Shown here: one piece after another, positions 1-10,900 of the stretch
Numbering within the stretch: the first letter of the stretch is position 1
Layout of the letters: every line of letters starts with the position of its first letter
Assembly: GCA_043228905.1 (NCBI GenBank)
Contig: JBHGNT010000013.1
Coordinates: 7,130,001 to 7,194,000, forward strand
Origin: Azolla caroliniana
Lineage: Eukaryota; Plantae; Polypodiophyta
Direction of reading: 5' to 3'
DNA: 64,000 nucleotides
The notes under the pieces: generated by a model
What the model saw: the letters and a program-made list of their open reading frames with translations, nothing else
Told to the model about the DNA's origin: nothing
The model's database searches: none
Program-made: the position numbers and the translations under genes

Positions 1-417
1 GAATTTCAAATTCCGACACTTCGTATCCAAGTGACGAATAAGTTAAATGAAATAGAATCGGAGCAGATACGCAAAGAGGCTTTATTAGTATTAGAAGAAG
101 AACGGATTCAATCAATGTCAGCACTAGAACACAAGCAGAGACAAATCAAGGCATTCGTAAATCGACATCGAAGGAAATCGGAAGAGCAATTCGAAATTGG
201 GAAACCGGTATTGGTATTCCAGACGAAAATGGGACTTATGCCTGGGAAACTCCGGTATAGATGGACAGGTCCAGTATGGATAATTAATAGTAAAAATGGT
301 ACGTATCAGCTGGGATCATTAACCGGAGAGGTTTTACCAAAATGGGTAAATGGATTCCGGCTTAAACCGTATTTGGGAGATATGCCGGTAAACCCGTTTA
401 TTCAAACGGAAGAATAA
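1..417 (+). CDS. Gypsy integrase C-terminal region (partial)
   Basis: GPY/F-like tail homologous to 28404-28718 and to about 51360-51600 on the minus strand. Confidence 0.85.
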   Translation, partial: EFQIPTLRIQVTNKLNEIESEQIRKEALLVLEEERIQSMSALEHKQRQIKAFVNRHRRKSEEQFEIGKPVLVFQTKMGLMPGKLRYRWTGPVWIINSKNGTYQLGSLTGEVLPKWVNGFRLKPYLGDMPVNPFIQTEE

Positions 418-830
418 ATAAAAAATATAAAAAAAAACAAAAAAAAACTAACTAACTCACTCAATAGTTCTTGTCAATGCAGAAATAGAATCTTGCCATA
501 ACAGTCTGAATCGACTATAAATAGGAAGAGGAATTGCATGATTATTAGTAAGTGGTACAACCACTACACGTAGAGTTAATACTAATTAATTCCTACATTA
601 ATAGCAATTACTATTCTTTAGTCATAATGCATAAGTTAATATCTTTAAAGCATATTTCTGTATCTTCTGTGTCGCCAAAGCAACAGAAACGAGTGCAGAT
701 CTCAAAACATTCTGAGCCTTCGTGCCCTAGCTCGCCCAAACTCTGTTTTTCTGATTTTCATCGCTACAGAAGCTGTGCAGATCTCCAACCGTCATCGACA
801 AGTGATTCAGAACAAGCAAACACAGAAGTC

Positions 831-3159
831 ATGCCGATTCCTGTGTCTGAAGAACTGCGACTGTGGCTTCATGAGAGAAACTTACAAGGTTTCATCAAAG
901 TAGCAGAAGCGGAACCTCATCCGCAGGCGGAAGAATTGGTACAACAATTAGACATCACCAAGGTCACCACAAAGAAAATACGAAATGCATTACAGATGCC
1001 AAGAGGAGGCTTTGAGGCAGTTAAAAAAACCTTCATCAGAAGCACTCCAATCGTATTTCGGGGAATACTCACCCTCGGCAAAAGCATATCAGACTTATGG
1101 AGGTCAGGATGAGTTTTTCCATGAAGTGGCTAGATTTTTACTAGAGGTAGGATTTGTCAGTCCCCGTTTTTATTGTATGCCGAAAAAAAGGGCTGGGTTT
1201 ATCATAGCCGCATACAAAAAAGAGGATTTCAACTGGCCACTATTGTCGGGGGAAGCTCTGAGAGAGCAGCTAGAAGGGGTAAAAACAAGAAAACCAATGA
1301 AGCAAATTTTTGGTCGTTGGCTATCGGTATTGTTTCCGATTCAAGAATCGGAAACTCCTGTTCAGTCAAGAAGACCACCGATAGTACAAGCACCTCGAAG
1401 ACACCGACAGGTAGCACATGAAGAATGGATAGAGGAAGAATCGGCACATGCCGATAATATACAAACAGATATGCCTCAGTCAGAACCACCAAGACCAGAG
1501 AATTCCAAAAACAGGCAACCAGCAGCCGAACAAGAAACAGTTGACCATTTGATAAACAAGTAGCAGCCGACAGAAAATCGACAACAAGCAGAGAAGATGC
1601 GACAAAGGACAAGGGTTAAACAAAAGGCTAATCGGCAATTCCAACCAGAAAACAGTGATGGGTCAGCACCGAAAAGGCAACGCACAAAGGAAAATTCGAA
1701 TACGCCTGTAGTAGCAGAAGTAATAAAACCAGGGAATGAGAGCGTTTCGACACAACTTCAACAAGGACAATCTTCAAAAGTAGCAATTCGGGAAGCACAT
1801 GGGTGCTTGGATATTCCACCAGCAGCACATGAATTAGCTGCCATTTTACAGTTCGGAACTTCATACGAACTGGTTGAATGGTTGGCTAGAAGATTGACAG
1901 AAGTATCAGAACGGCTGGCTCAAGAACATAATGACCGAATAATGATACAGAAGGCCTTACGAGTGTTGGAACCTCAAGAAAAAGCAGAGATAGAGAAAAT
2001 CGGCCGGACAAGAAATGCACAGAATAGAGGGGAGGCTATTGAAATGCCACCATTACATGAAGCACTGGTCGAAATTCATAGAGAATATGAAACGGCACGC
2101 AAAGCAGCCAGTGATATGGCTGAAAGATACAAAAGTGTATCAGCATCGGAGGTGCTGAAACGTCAGTTTTGTAACATACAGACAGAAAATAAAGAACTAA
2201 AAGAAAGTCTAAACAAATGGGAAACACAGGCACGACCTATGGCGTCGGAGTCAGAATGGCAGCAGAAATTGGAGGACGCTGAGAAAGCACGTCAAGCAGA
2301 AACAACAAGGGCCAACAATGCTGTATTTCGAACTACAGAATTAGAAAAACAAATAGAAACCATTCAGAATGGCCAATACAAAGTTCTCGAAGAAAAAAAT
2401 CAATTAATAAACGAATTACAGAAAAATCTGGAAGAAGCTAAGACGGCCAATCATACATATACCGAACAAATTGAGGAATTCGAAAGGTATATAGTGTCAC
2501 AGGAAAGTCAATTGACAGAAAAAGAGCGGAGTCTTGAAGAAGTCAACAGAAGAATTACGGAACACCAGGAGGAATGGAGCAAGGAGAAATCGGCATTCGA
2601 ACAACAACTGAACGAAATTCGGAAGATATCGGAACAAAGGCGGCTGGACATATATGTAGTCGAATCCAAACTAATGCGGGCTGAAAGTGAAAACCGAGCT
2701 ACTATTACGGATTTACGGAAAGAGTTGCAAGCCGCTCAATTCGTCGCAAGCATCACTAGGGACAAAGTGCAGCGCATCATAGGGAAACATCGAAACCTAG
2801 CAAAGAAAATGATCGATGAATCCCTTGCGCAAGGATGGAAGTTATGGACAGCACAAACGGCGGAATTACAGTTATTACGTGCCGACAAAAATAACCGTCA
2901 GGTCCAAGGTGCAGGTTTTTTTAAAATAGCACAAAAGGATATTGGCAATATCCAAGAGGATATCATGAAAGATATGGACGAAATTGCGGCATTTTACAGA
3001 GAAGAAATTCAACGTATTATGCAAGAATTCGACAAAAATGATATAGGCACTTCCGTCCAGTTGGATAAAATTGAAGCTGAAAGAACCAGCAAGACTCTTG
3101 GTCTTCAAACTCCCGGAAGAAGTGAACCAGAGCAGCCAACCGAAGAGCTACAGGAATAG
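831..3159 (+). pseudogene. Extra 3' ORF (about 775 aa if repaired): conserved N-terminal domain, linker and long coiled coil
   Basis: Starts MPIPVSEELRLWL, with a frameshift near 1010 and an in-frame TAG at 1561-1563. ORFs 985-1563 and 1597-3159 share a frame. Homologous to 29062-31782 and 44384-50960. Confidence 0.75.
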
Positions 3160-3203
3160 GCGTGGGTTTGCTGGACAAGGTCCTGGCCCACGGATGTGCC
3201 AAG

Positions 3204-3659
3204 TGTTACCCGGACCCGGACAGTCAGTTTTACCGAACAAGTGGGAAAGCGTCGAAAACGGAGTCGGTTCGGATCGACTGTTCGGATCAATGACTCAGCA
3301 GTGAACGAAGAGAACTAAGTTAGTTAGATAATTTTGTAATTCTTGATAGTAAGTAGGAATAGTTCTTGATGAGAAAAGACCTTCGGTATACCTATAAAAG
3401 GGAACCGAAGGCATTGTAAGAAAGGTCGTTTATTTAGTAATATAAGTTTAAGTTAGGAATATCATGTACGGATTCTGTGTTCTTTCTATTGTCTATGTTG
3501 TTAAGTGCAATCTTCCTAATTTATAACTAAGTAACGATCACGGTAATTACCGATTAATATAGTATATTTCCGTTCGTAAAACACAATTCCTTGTTAGAAC
3601 GTTGAGTAGCGACGTTCACTCTTCTGTATCGGTAGTAGTTAGTAATTAGCCGATTAACA
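3204..3659 (+). repeat. 3' LTR of Arg-primed family 1
   Basis: TGTTA...TAACA termini. The block CCTATAAAAGGGAACCGAAGGCATTGTAA is shared with the 20319-20796 LTR. Confidence 0.8.
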
Positions 3660-5936
3660 GTCTTTATGACTCAGCCCCCCGGGTTTCAATCGGAGATGAA
3701 CAAATTGGCGGTATGCCGACTAAAGAAGTCGCTTTACGGCTTGAAGCAAGCCCCCCGAGCTTGGAACGCGAAGATCACGCACCGGTTGCATAAGCTGGGG
3801 TTTGCTATCTCTAAGTCGAACTCTTCGTTGTTCATCCGGCAAGGCTCTAACGGTCCGGTATGTATACTCTTATATGTGGATGATTTAGTCATCACCGGAC
3901 CTGGTCTTCCCGAAATCAACCGCGTCAAGTCCCAGTTGTCAGACGCATTCGAAATGAAGGACCTAGGGGACCTTCATTATTTTCTTGGGATCGAAGTGAT
4001 CCGGACCCCCAACGGCATATTGCTCTCACAACGACATTACGTGTTGAATATGCTGTATAAGTTCGGCATGACGGATTGCCGACTTGTCTCCACACCCCTG
4101 AACCGGAACCAGAAGCTCCGTCCCAACTCCGGACCGGCCTGCAATGAGAAATGGTTCCGACAGGTTGTCGGAAGCCTGATCTACTTAACCATCACCCGAC
4201 CCGACATCAGCTATCCGGTCGGCATGGTAAGTCAGTTCATGTAGAAGCCAACCGTGGAGCACCTTCAGTGCGCGCAACGAATATTACGGTATGTCAGCGG
4301 CACTAAGGACCGAGGACTGCTATACCAGCGAGGTATACCCGAAGAGCTTGTCGGTTACACAGATGCTGACTGGGCCGACGATGCGTCTGATCGCCACTCC
4401 ACTTCCGGATACATGTTCTCCATAAGTAGCGCGGTCGTTGCGTGGAGCAGCAAGAAGCAGCCCACAGTGGCTTTGTCAAGCACTGAGGCTGAGTACCGGG
4501 CCGCTACCGTAGCCACTTGTGAAGCCATCTGGCTTCGGCGACTGCTGCGAGTCTTGTGGTTCGAGGTACCGACCCCGATCCCGATTTACTGCGATAACAT
4601 AAGCAGCCTGCAGCTCTCCAGGAACCCTGTGTTCCATGCTCGCACAAAGCACATCGAGGTGCACTACCACTTCGTGCGTGAGCGGGTCCTGAGCGGTGAA
4701 GTTGACCTACAGTATGTTCATACGGATCGGCAAGTTGTCGACATCTTCACCAAGCCGATCGGATCGGACAAGTTGCAGCACTTTACCGACATGCTTGGTA
4801 TTCAGCATCTCGACGTGCCGCACTTGAGGGGGAGAAGCAAGGGCATAGTCTCTACCGAAACAGGCAAAGGCGAGAAAATTGTTGAACCCGTCGGTAAGAG
4901 GAGAGCCGGAAGAAGAGGAGACAAGAAGATGAAGGAAGTCGACAAATCCGAACAGGTCGGAGCAAGCGGCTGTGAAGAAGAGTTGTGCACTTAGGAAGAG
5001 AAGCGTATGCTGTGCGGAGGTCATCACGACGGTACTGACCATGATACAGAGTCAAATGAAGAATTCGATTTCGGTTCATCGGCTGAAGAAGCCGAGGGAA
5101 TCATGGAGAAGGCCAAGACTCGGAAGTGGTCCGATGTGGTGAGAGGCCTGAAGCCGGAAGTGGATTCGGAGTGTACCGATTCGAACAAGAGCTGGAACGA
5201 GTAGGAGATAGCTGACTCGGATCAACAGATGGATCCGGATGAGTCGGATCGACTGAAGGCCAAGGAGACACGGACACAGCGGAAGTCGATGCCATCGTGG
5301 GAGAACCGACGGATCGGCAAGCGCCGGAGTCGCAGCAACGTGAGTGCTGAGATGGGCCTATTGAGCAGACATGCCGACCGAGAGGGTCGAGGCGCGCAGA
5401 ACCAAAGGGGTCGCGGCAAACGGAGCCGGACCGGACGAGGAGCGCGAGCAAGGCGGAGTGACGCCAGGAGAAGTCGGTTGGAAGAACCGACTGCCACAGA
5501 GGTCGACACTATGACCCCACCTCAGGTTGAGCTTGAGGGGGAGTGTTGAGTGGCAAGCTCAACCGGAGCCGGATCGGCTGAATAAGCCGGAGCCGGTAAG
5601 CGAGACGGATTGGGCGAAACGGATCGGTATGACGGTGAGCAACCGAACCGGCAAGCAGTGGAGGCCAGGTGCAATCCGTAACCGACAGTCCAATCGGAAG
5701 CCTAGTACAGGATAGACTACTTGGTAGCTATAGTCTCGTAGTAAGTGTCAGATGCTCGTGTGAGCATTGAAGTACATGGTACTTCTGTCAGTCCCAAGGG
5801 GACTTGTATAAATAGTGCTACTTAGCACAGTGTATATACAGAGTCTTGATATAATTTTGAAATTGTGTTCTGCTCTCTCTCTCTCTCTCTCTCTGTTGTT
5901 CTCTGTTTTACGCTTCCGCAAACACTTACGTTTACA
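3660..5936 (+). mobile_element. Ty1/copia 3' portion: RT, RNase H, 3' extension, PPT and 3' LTR (5544-5936)
   Basis: Motifs [37 protein letters not shown]. In-frame TAG near 4242. PPT GAGGGGGAG precedes TGTTGAG at 5544, and the LTR ends TTTACA. Confidence 0.9.
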
Positions 5937-6309
5937 GTACCATAGTACGCATTGTGGACACTGAAGATGCTCCTCGGTAGGTCGCGCCATGAACTAACTA
6001 ATCACCCCGACCGGGTAGCTGAGATCTAGTCGGGTGATGGTCAAGTATGTAAGGCTTCCGACTATCTGTCAGAACCTTGTCAGGTCGCATACCTTTCCGG
6101 AATCGGGGCGAAGCTTGATGGTTCTATCCAAAGGAGTGGAGACGGACTTGCAATCGGCCATCTCGAATTTGAAGAGCATACTCAGCACGTAATGTCGTTG
6201 GCTGATCAATATGCCTTCGGGGGTGCGGATCACTTCGATCCCAAGAAAGTAATAAAGGTCCCCCAGATCCTTCATGTCAAATGATGCCGCAAGCTGGAGC
6301 TTCACATAG

Positions 6310-6738
6310 TGTCATGAGATGGCAAGACTCGAACCCATGACCTTATGGTATATGGGTCGAGCTCTTAACCATCTCACCATCTATTGTAATTCATAGAATA
6401 TTATTTTCATTTATGTTTTATTATAAGAAAGTAATGTATATTCCAGATTTCTCTGGAACATTCTAGAAGCTTCAGGATTATTCCTGAGAACACTATAAAA
6501 GAAGGCACTAAGCATTATGTTGAACCAAATTGGTTCAACACCAGTCTTAAGCCTCTTAGTCGATTTGTACTTATCTTTCATATAATATAAGAGCTGCTGT
6601 CATCATCCTATTTCCCTCTCTCTCTCCTCTTCTCACTTCCTCTCTCTCGGGAATCTTACGCAGTCCCGTCCTCTTAGTACTAATAGTACTACTCTTCTTA
6701 GTACTAATTCCATCTCTGTTTTAGTACTATTCCTGACA
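6310..6738 (+). repeat. Chromovirus 5' LTR
   Basis: Direct repeat of 11546-11974 with no differences seen by eye. TATAAAA at 6494-6500. Confidence 0.97.
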
Positions 6739-6807
6739 GTTTGAACCAATTTGTTCCTCTAGCCTACTTGTCACTCTCCCTCATCCTCCTACCCTTTCCC
6801 CTATACT

Positions 6808-7965
6808 ATGGCTACTGTTAGCGCCCAAGAATACCAATCCGTTTTCTCCGAGCTACAGTGCCTAAAAGAAAAGTTTGTTGCCTTGGAACAAGAAAACCAA
6901 CGGCTGATAGGGGATCTGTAACAAATCGCTCTAGAAAAACAACAAACGCAACAACAACATGGGGAGTTAGCGTTACGGGTACAACAACTCGAAGCAGCGT
7001 TGCAACAACAAGGATCCAGTCCCCAAGGATTTCATAAAGAGCCCAAGATTGGACTTCCTGTGAAATTTGATGGAACGCGTTCGCAATTTCGGGGATTCCT
7101 TAATCAGGTACGCTTAGTCATCCAGATGCATCCTTCCCGATATCCCACTGATGCATCTCGAGTTGGCCTAATAGGCACGCTACTTAGCGGCTCAGCCTTG
7201 GCATGGTTCGCTCCGCTTCTAGAAAAACAATCGCCCTTGCTTAATAACTTTGAAGATTTTATTGGTGAGTTTAAAGCCTGCTTTGGAGACACCGACAGCA
7301 TCAGGACGGCGATCAACAAGATCCGGCGATTGCGTCAAGGCGATCGTCCAGCCTCTGCCTACGCGGCGGATTTCCGCCTACTTGCTTTAGATATACCCTG
7401 GGATGATCAAGCACTAATGGAGCAGTTTCGCTATGGCTTGCGAAACGATGTCAAAGATCTACTTCTAACTTTCCCCGAAGAACCAAAGTCTCTTACGGAG
7501 GCAATCAGTCGAGCAGTTCGATGTGACAACCGCCTTTTTGAACGGCGTTCAGAACGTCAATTACAGATACCACGCTCTAGGCCAGAGCCCACTTACGCCG
7601 CAGTCGCGGCTAAACCGTTTGCACGAGACATACCTCAAGCAAATACTTCGACACCGATGGAGATCGATACCATGCGTCGACGCGGCCCGTTATCGGAAGA
7701 AGAAAAGCAACGACGACGTGCCAATCGATTATGCCTTTATTGCGGTGGACCAGGACATATCGCCATCAATTGTCCCCATAGGCCAAGAAGACAGGTAAAT
7801 CAAATTGTCGCCTGTACTAAACCTGAGTCAATTCTTCCCTTCGGAGTGTCTGATAGTAGTAATAGTACTAACAGAGTGTCAGATAGTATTCATAGTACTA
7901 ATAGCCCAAGTATCTCAAATAAATTTGAAATCCTTAGTCAATTAGATGAAGAGTTAAACGATTGA
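6808..7965 (+). pseudogene. gag: Chromovirus Gag with a premature stop at codon 38
   Basis: ATG 6808 is in frame with ORF 7000-7965. TAA at 6919-6921 sits where homologues have CAA/AAA. Contains KFDG..., TPMEID and the zinc knuckle CLYCGGPGHIAINC. Confidence 0.9.
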
Positions 7966-10900
7966 GTCCAGCCAAAATAGGAGCCATTTGGTTGGACAGC
8001 AGCCCTAGATCTGTACAGCCCATTAGTGGTTCCATTCCTTCCAAGCAAGTTAGCAATGTGTTCCTAGCCCAAGTCATTGTTAGTACTAAAAGTACTCCCC
8101 CAGTACCCGTCCTAGCACTTTTAGATTCCGGAGCTAATTCCTGTTTCATGGATCGAAATTTTGCCCAAGCTTCTCAGATATCCTTAAGAAAACTTCCTTG
8201 TCCCGCATCTGTAGTGGTCATTGATGGTCGTCCCATTGCTTCCGGGAATATTGTAGAAGAATCAGAACCCATTCAAGTTGTCCTAGGTAGTTTTGTGTGT
8301 ATAATATCATTTAATATAATTAGTAGTCCAGAGCATCCCATTGTCCTAGGATTACCTTGGCTTGAGTTACATAATCCAGCCATAGATTGGAGAACAAGAG
8401 AAGTCCGATATCGACCACCCCAAGAATCAACTCGCCGAGTTTCGACCATTTCACTCTATCAACTACGCGAAGAAGGACCCAAGGAGGCAATGTTCCTATT
8501 TTCCATATCAGTACATCCTTCCAGCACTATTAAGAAGGACTCCTCAGTACAACTTCCGGCAAAATATCATCCTTATGCCGATGTATTTGACAAGGTAAAA
8601 GCCGGTACCCTTCCTCATCACCGTCCCTATGACTGTCCCATCGATTTACAACCAGGAACCGAGCCACCATGGGGACCAATTTACAACCTGTCACCCACCG
8701 AGTTAGAAGTCCTTCGAGCCTACATAGAGGAGAACTTGGCAAGCGGGTTCATCCGTCATTCGAAATCTCCGGCCGGTGCACCCATCTTCTTTGTCAAGAA
8801 GAAAGATGGCTCACTTCATCTTGTCGTTGATTACCGCGGATTAAATAAAGTCACCATCCGGAATAGGTATGCACTTCCTCTTATATCAAGTCTTTTAGAG
8901 CGAGTTAATGGTGCCAAGTTTTTTACTAAAATCGACCTACGCGGAGCGTATAATCTCGTGCGGATCCGACCGGGAGATGAGTGGAAGACCGCTTTTCGCA
9001 CGCGGTATGGGCATTTTGAGTATACTATTATGCCGTTTGGCCTAACCAATGCACCCGCAGTCTTCCAACACATGGCAAATGATATATTCAGAGACCTCTT
9101 GGATATCTGTTTGATCATTTATCTGGATGATCTGTTGATTTATTTGAAGACCCAGGAAGAGCACGACTCTCATGTACTATTAGTACTAAAGCGACTCCGC
9201 GAGAATGGTCTTTATGCCAAGCTACAAAAATGTAGCTTTGACTGCAAGCAAGTGGAATTTCTAGGCTACGTCATCTCCTCAAAGGGCATCGCCATGGATC
9301 CAGCTAAGATCCAAACTGTACTAGAGTGGCAAATTCCACGGTCGGTACGAGATGTACAATGTTTTCTAGGTTTTGCTAACTTCTACCGTAAGTTTATACA
9401 GGATTACTCGAAGATTATTTTACCTCTCACACAACTTACGAAGAAGGGCCAAGCATTTCTTTGGTCCATTGAAGCAGATATGGCTTTTCGGCATCTTAAG
9501 AAAGCCTTTACATCAGCACCGATTCTAGCTCATGTGGATATAAGCAAACCATTCATCATGGAGGCCGACGCATCAGATTTCGCCCTCGGTAGCATCCTTT
9601 CTCAACAAGGTGATAAAGAAGAGTTGCATCCGGTGGCTTTCCATTCGCGCAAATTCGATGTCGCAGAAATCAACTACGAAATACATGACAAGGAGTTATT
9701 AGCCATCGTGGATTCATTTGTACAATGGCGGCATTTCTTAGAGGGCTCTCCACATCAGGTCATTGTCTTCAGCGATCATAAAAATCTTGCTTATTTTCAG
9801 AACGCTCGCGTACTAAATCGACGGCAAGCTCGGTGGGCGCAATTCCTCACGCGTTTCGACTTCAAAATCACATATCGACCGGGGAAGCAGCAAGGAAAAG
9901 CAGATGCACTATCACGACGTTCATATCTTGCACCTCGTCCTGGTGAAGCAACATTTGATAATCAAAAGCAAGTAATCTTGGGACCAACACGATTGCACAC
10001 GACGCGGATTTTTCACACCCCGATGGATTCACGGATTACCGATGACATACGTGCAACCTTGAAGACGGACAGTTTTGCTCAAGACATCCTGGCGCACATT
10101 GATACTTCTCGGGCATCTTGTTCTCAGTCTCAACAACCAGGTATTGACTACCGACAATTCGAATATCATGATGGTTTGTTATTCTTTAAAAAGCGCGTAT
10201 ATGTCCCCGATTGCTCCTATCGCCTTCAAATTGTCCAACATTGTCACGACACCCATACGGCGGGACATTTCGGTAGTACTAAGACGTTGGAGCTAGTGCA
10301 GCGATCTTTTTGGTGGCCCCACATGCGCCGTTTTGTCGACGACTACGTTCGAACCTGTGATGCTTGCTGCCGAGCAAAGATGCCACGACACCATCCATAT
10401 GGCTTGTTGGAACCTTTACCAATTCCAAGTAAGCCATGGCAGTCTATTTGTCTTGATTTTATCACAGATCTGCCGGTCTCGAAAGGGTTCGATGCTATCC
10501 TAACCGTCGTCGATCGATATACGAAGATGGCACATTTTGTGCCATGTACTAAAGCCATCACTAGCGAGGAAACCGCCGCTCTTGTTATGCGTGAGGTTTT
10601 TCGGCATCATGGCCTCCCAGACAGTATTATCAGTGACCGAGGCCCGCAATTTGTCTCCAAATTTTGGCAGCATCTCTTCAAGATGCTCAAGGTCTCCTGC
10701 AACCTCTCCTCCGGCTACCATCCTCAGACCGACGGACAGGCGGAACGAACAAACCAAACGCTGGAGCAATATCTCCGGTGTTTCCTGAGTTATCAACAGG
10801 ACGATTGGGCCGAGATTCTCCACTTTGCGGAGTTTGCGTATAATAATGCTATTCACTCCTCGACTCGGGTCTCCCCATTTTTCGCTTATACCGGTTTCCA

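Larger units (their letters stand above)
1..3659 (+). mobile_element. 3' part of a non-chromovirus Ty3/gypsy element (Arg-primed family 1): integrase C-terminus, extra ORF and 3' LTR
   Basis: ORF 31-417 has the integrase tail (GKLRYRWTGP...VNGFRLKPY). The LTR runs TGTTACC(3204)...ATTAACA(3659) and is homologous to the LTR at 20319-20796. It is inserted into a copia RT, which resumes as VFMTQPPGF. Confidence 0.85.

Noticed and set aside
1597-3159. 520-aa coiled-coil ORF as a host SMC/myosin-like gene or a viral envelope
   Set aside because: It sits between integrase and the LTR with homologues in two other elements, and shows no ATPase motifs, signal peptide or transmembrane segment.
5873-5894. 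(CT)n tract (also about 15493-15509 and 43139-43158)
   Set aside because: Ordinary microsatellite in LTR R/U5 regions.
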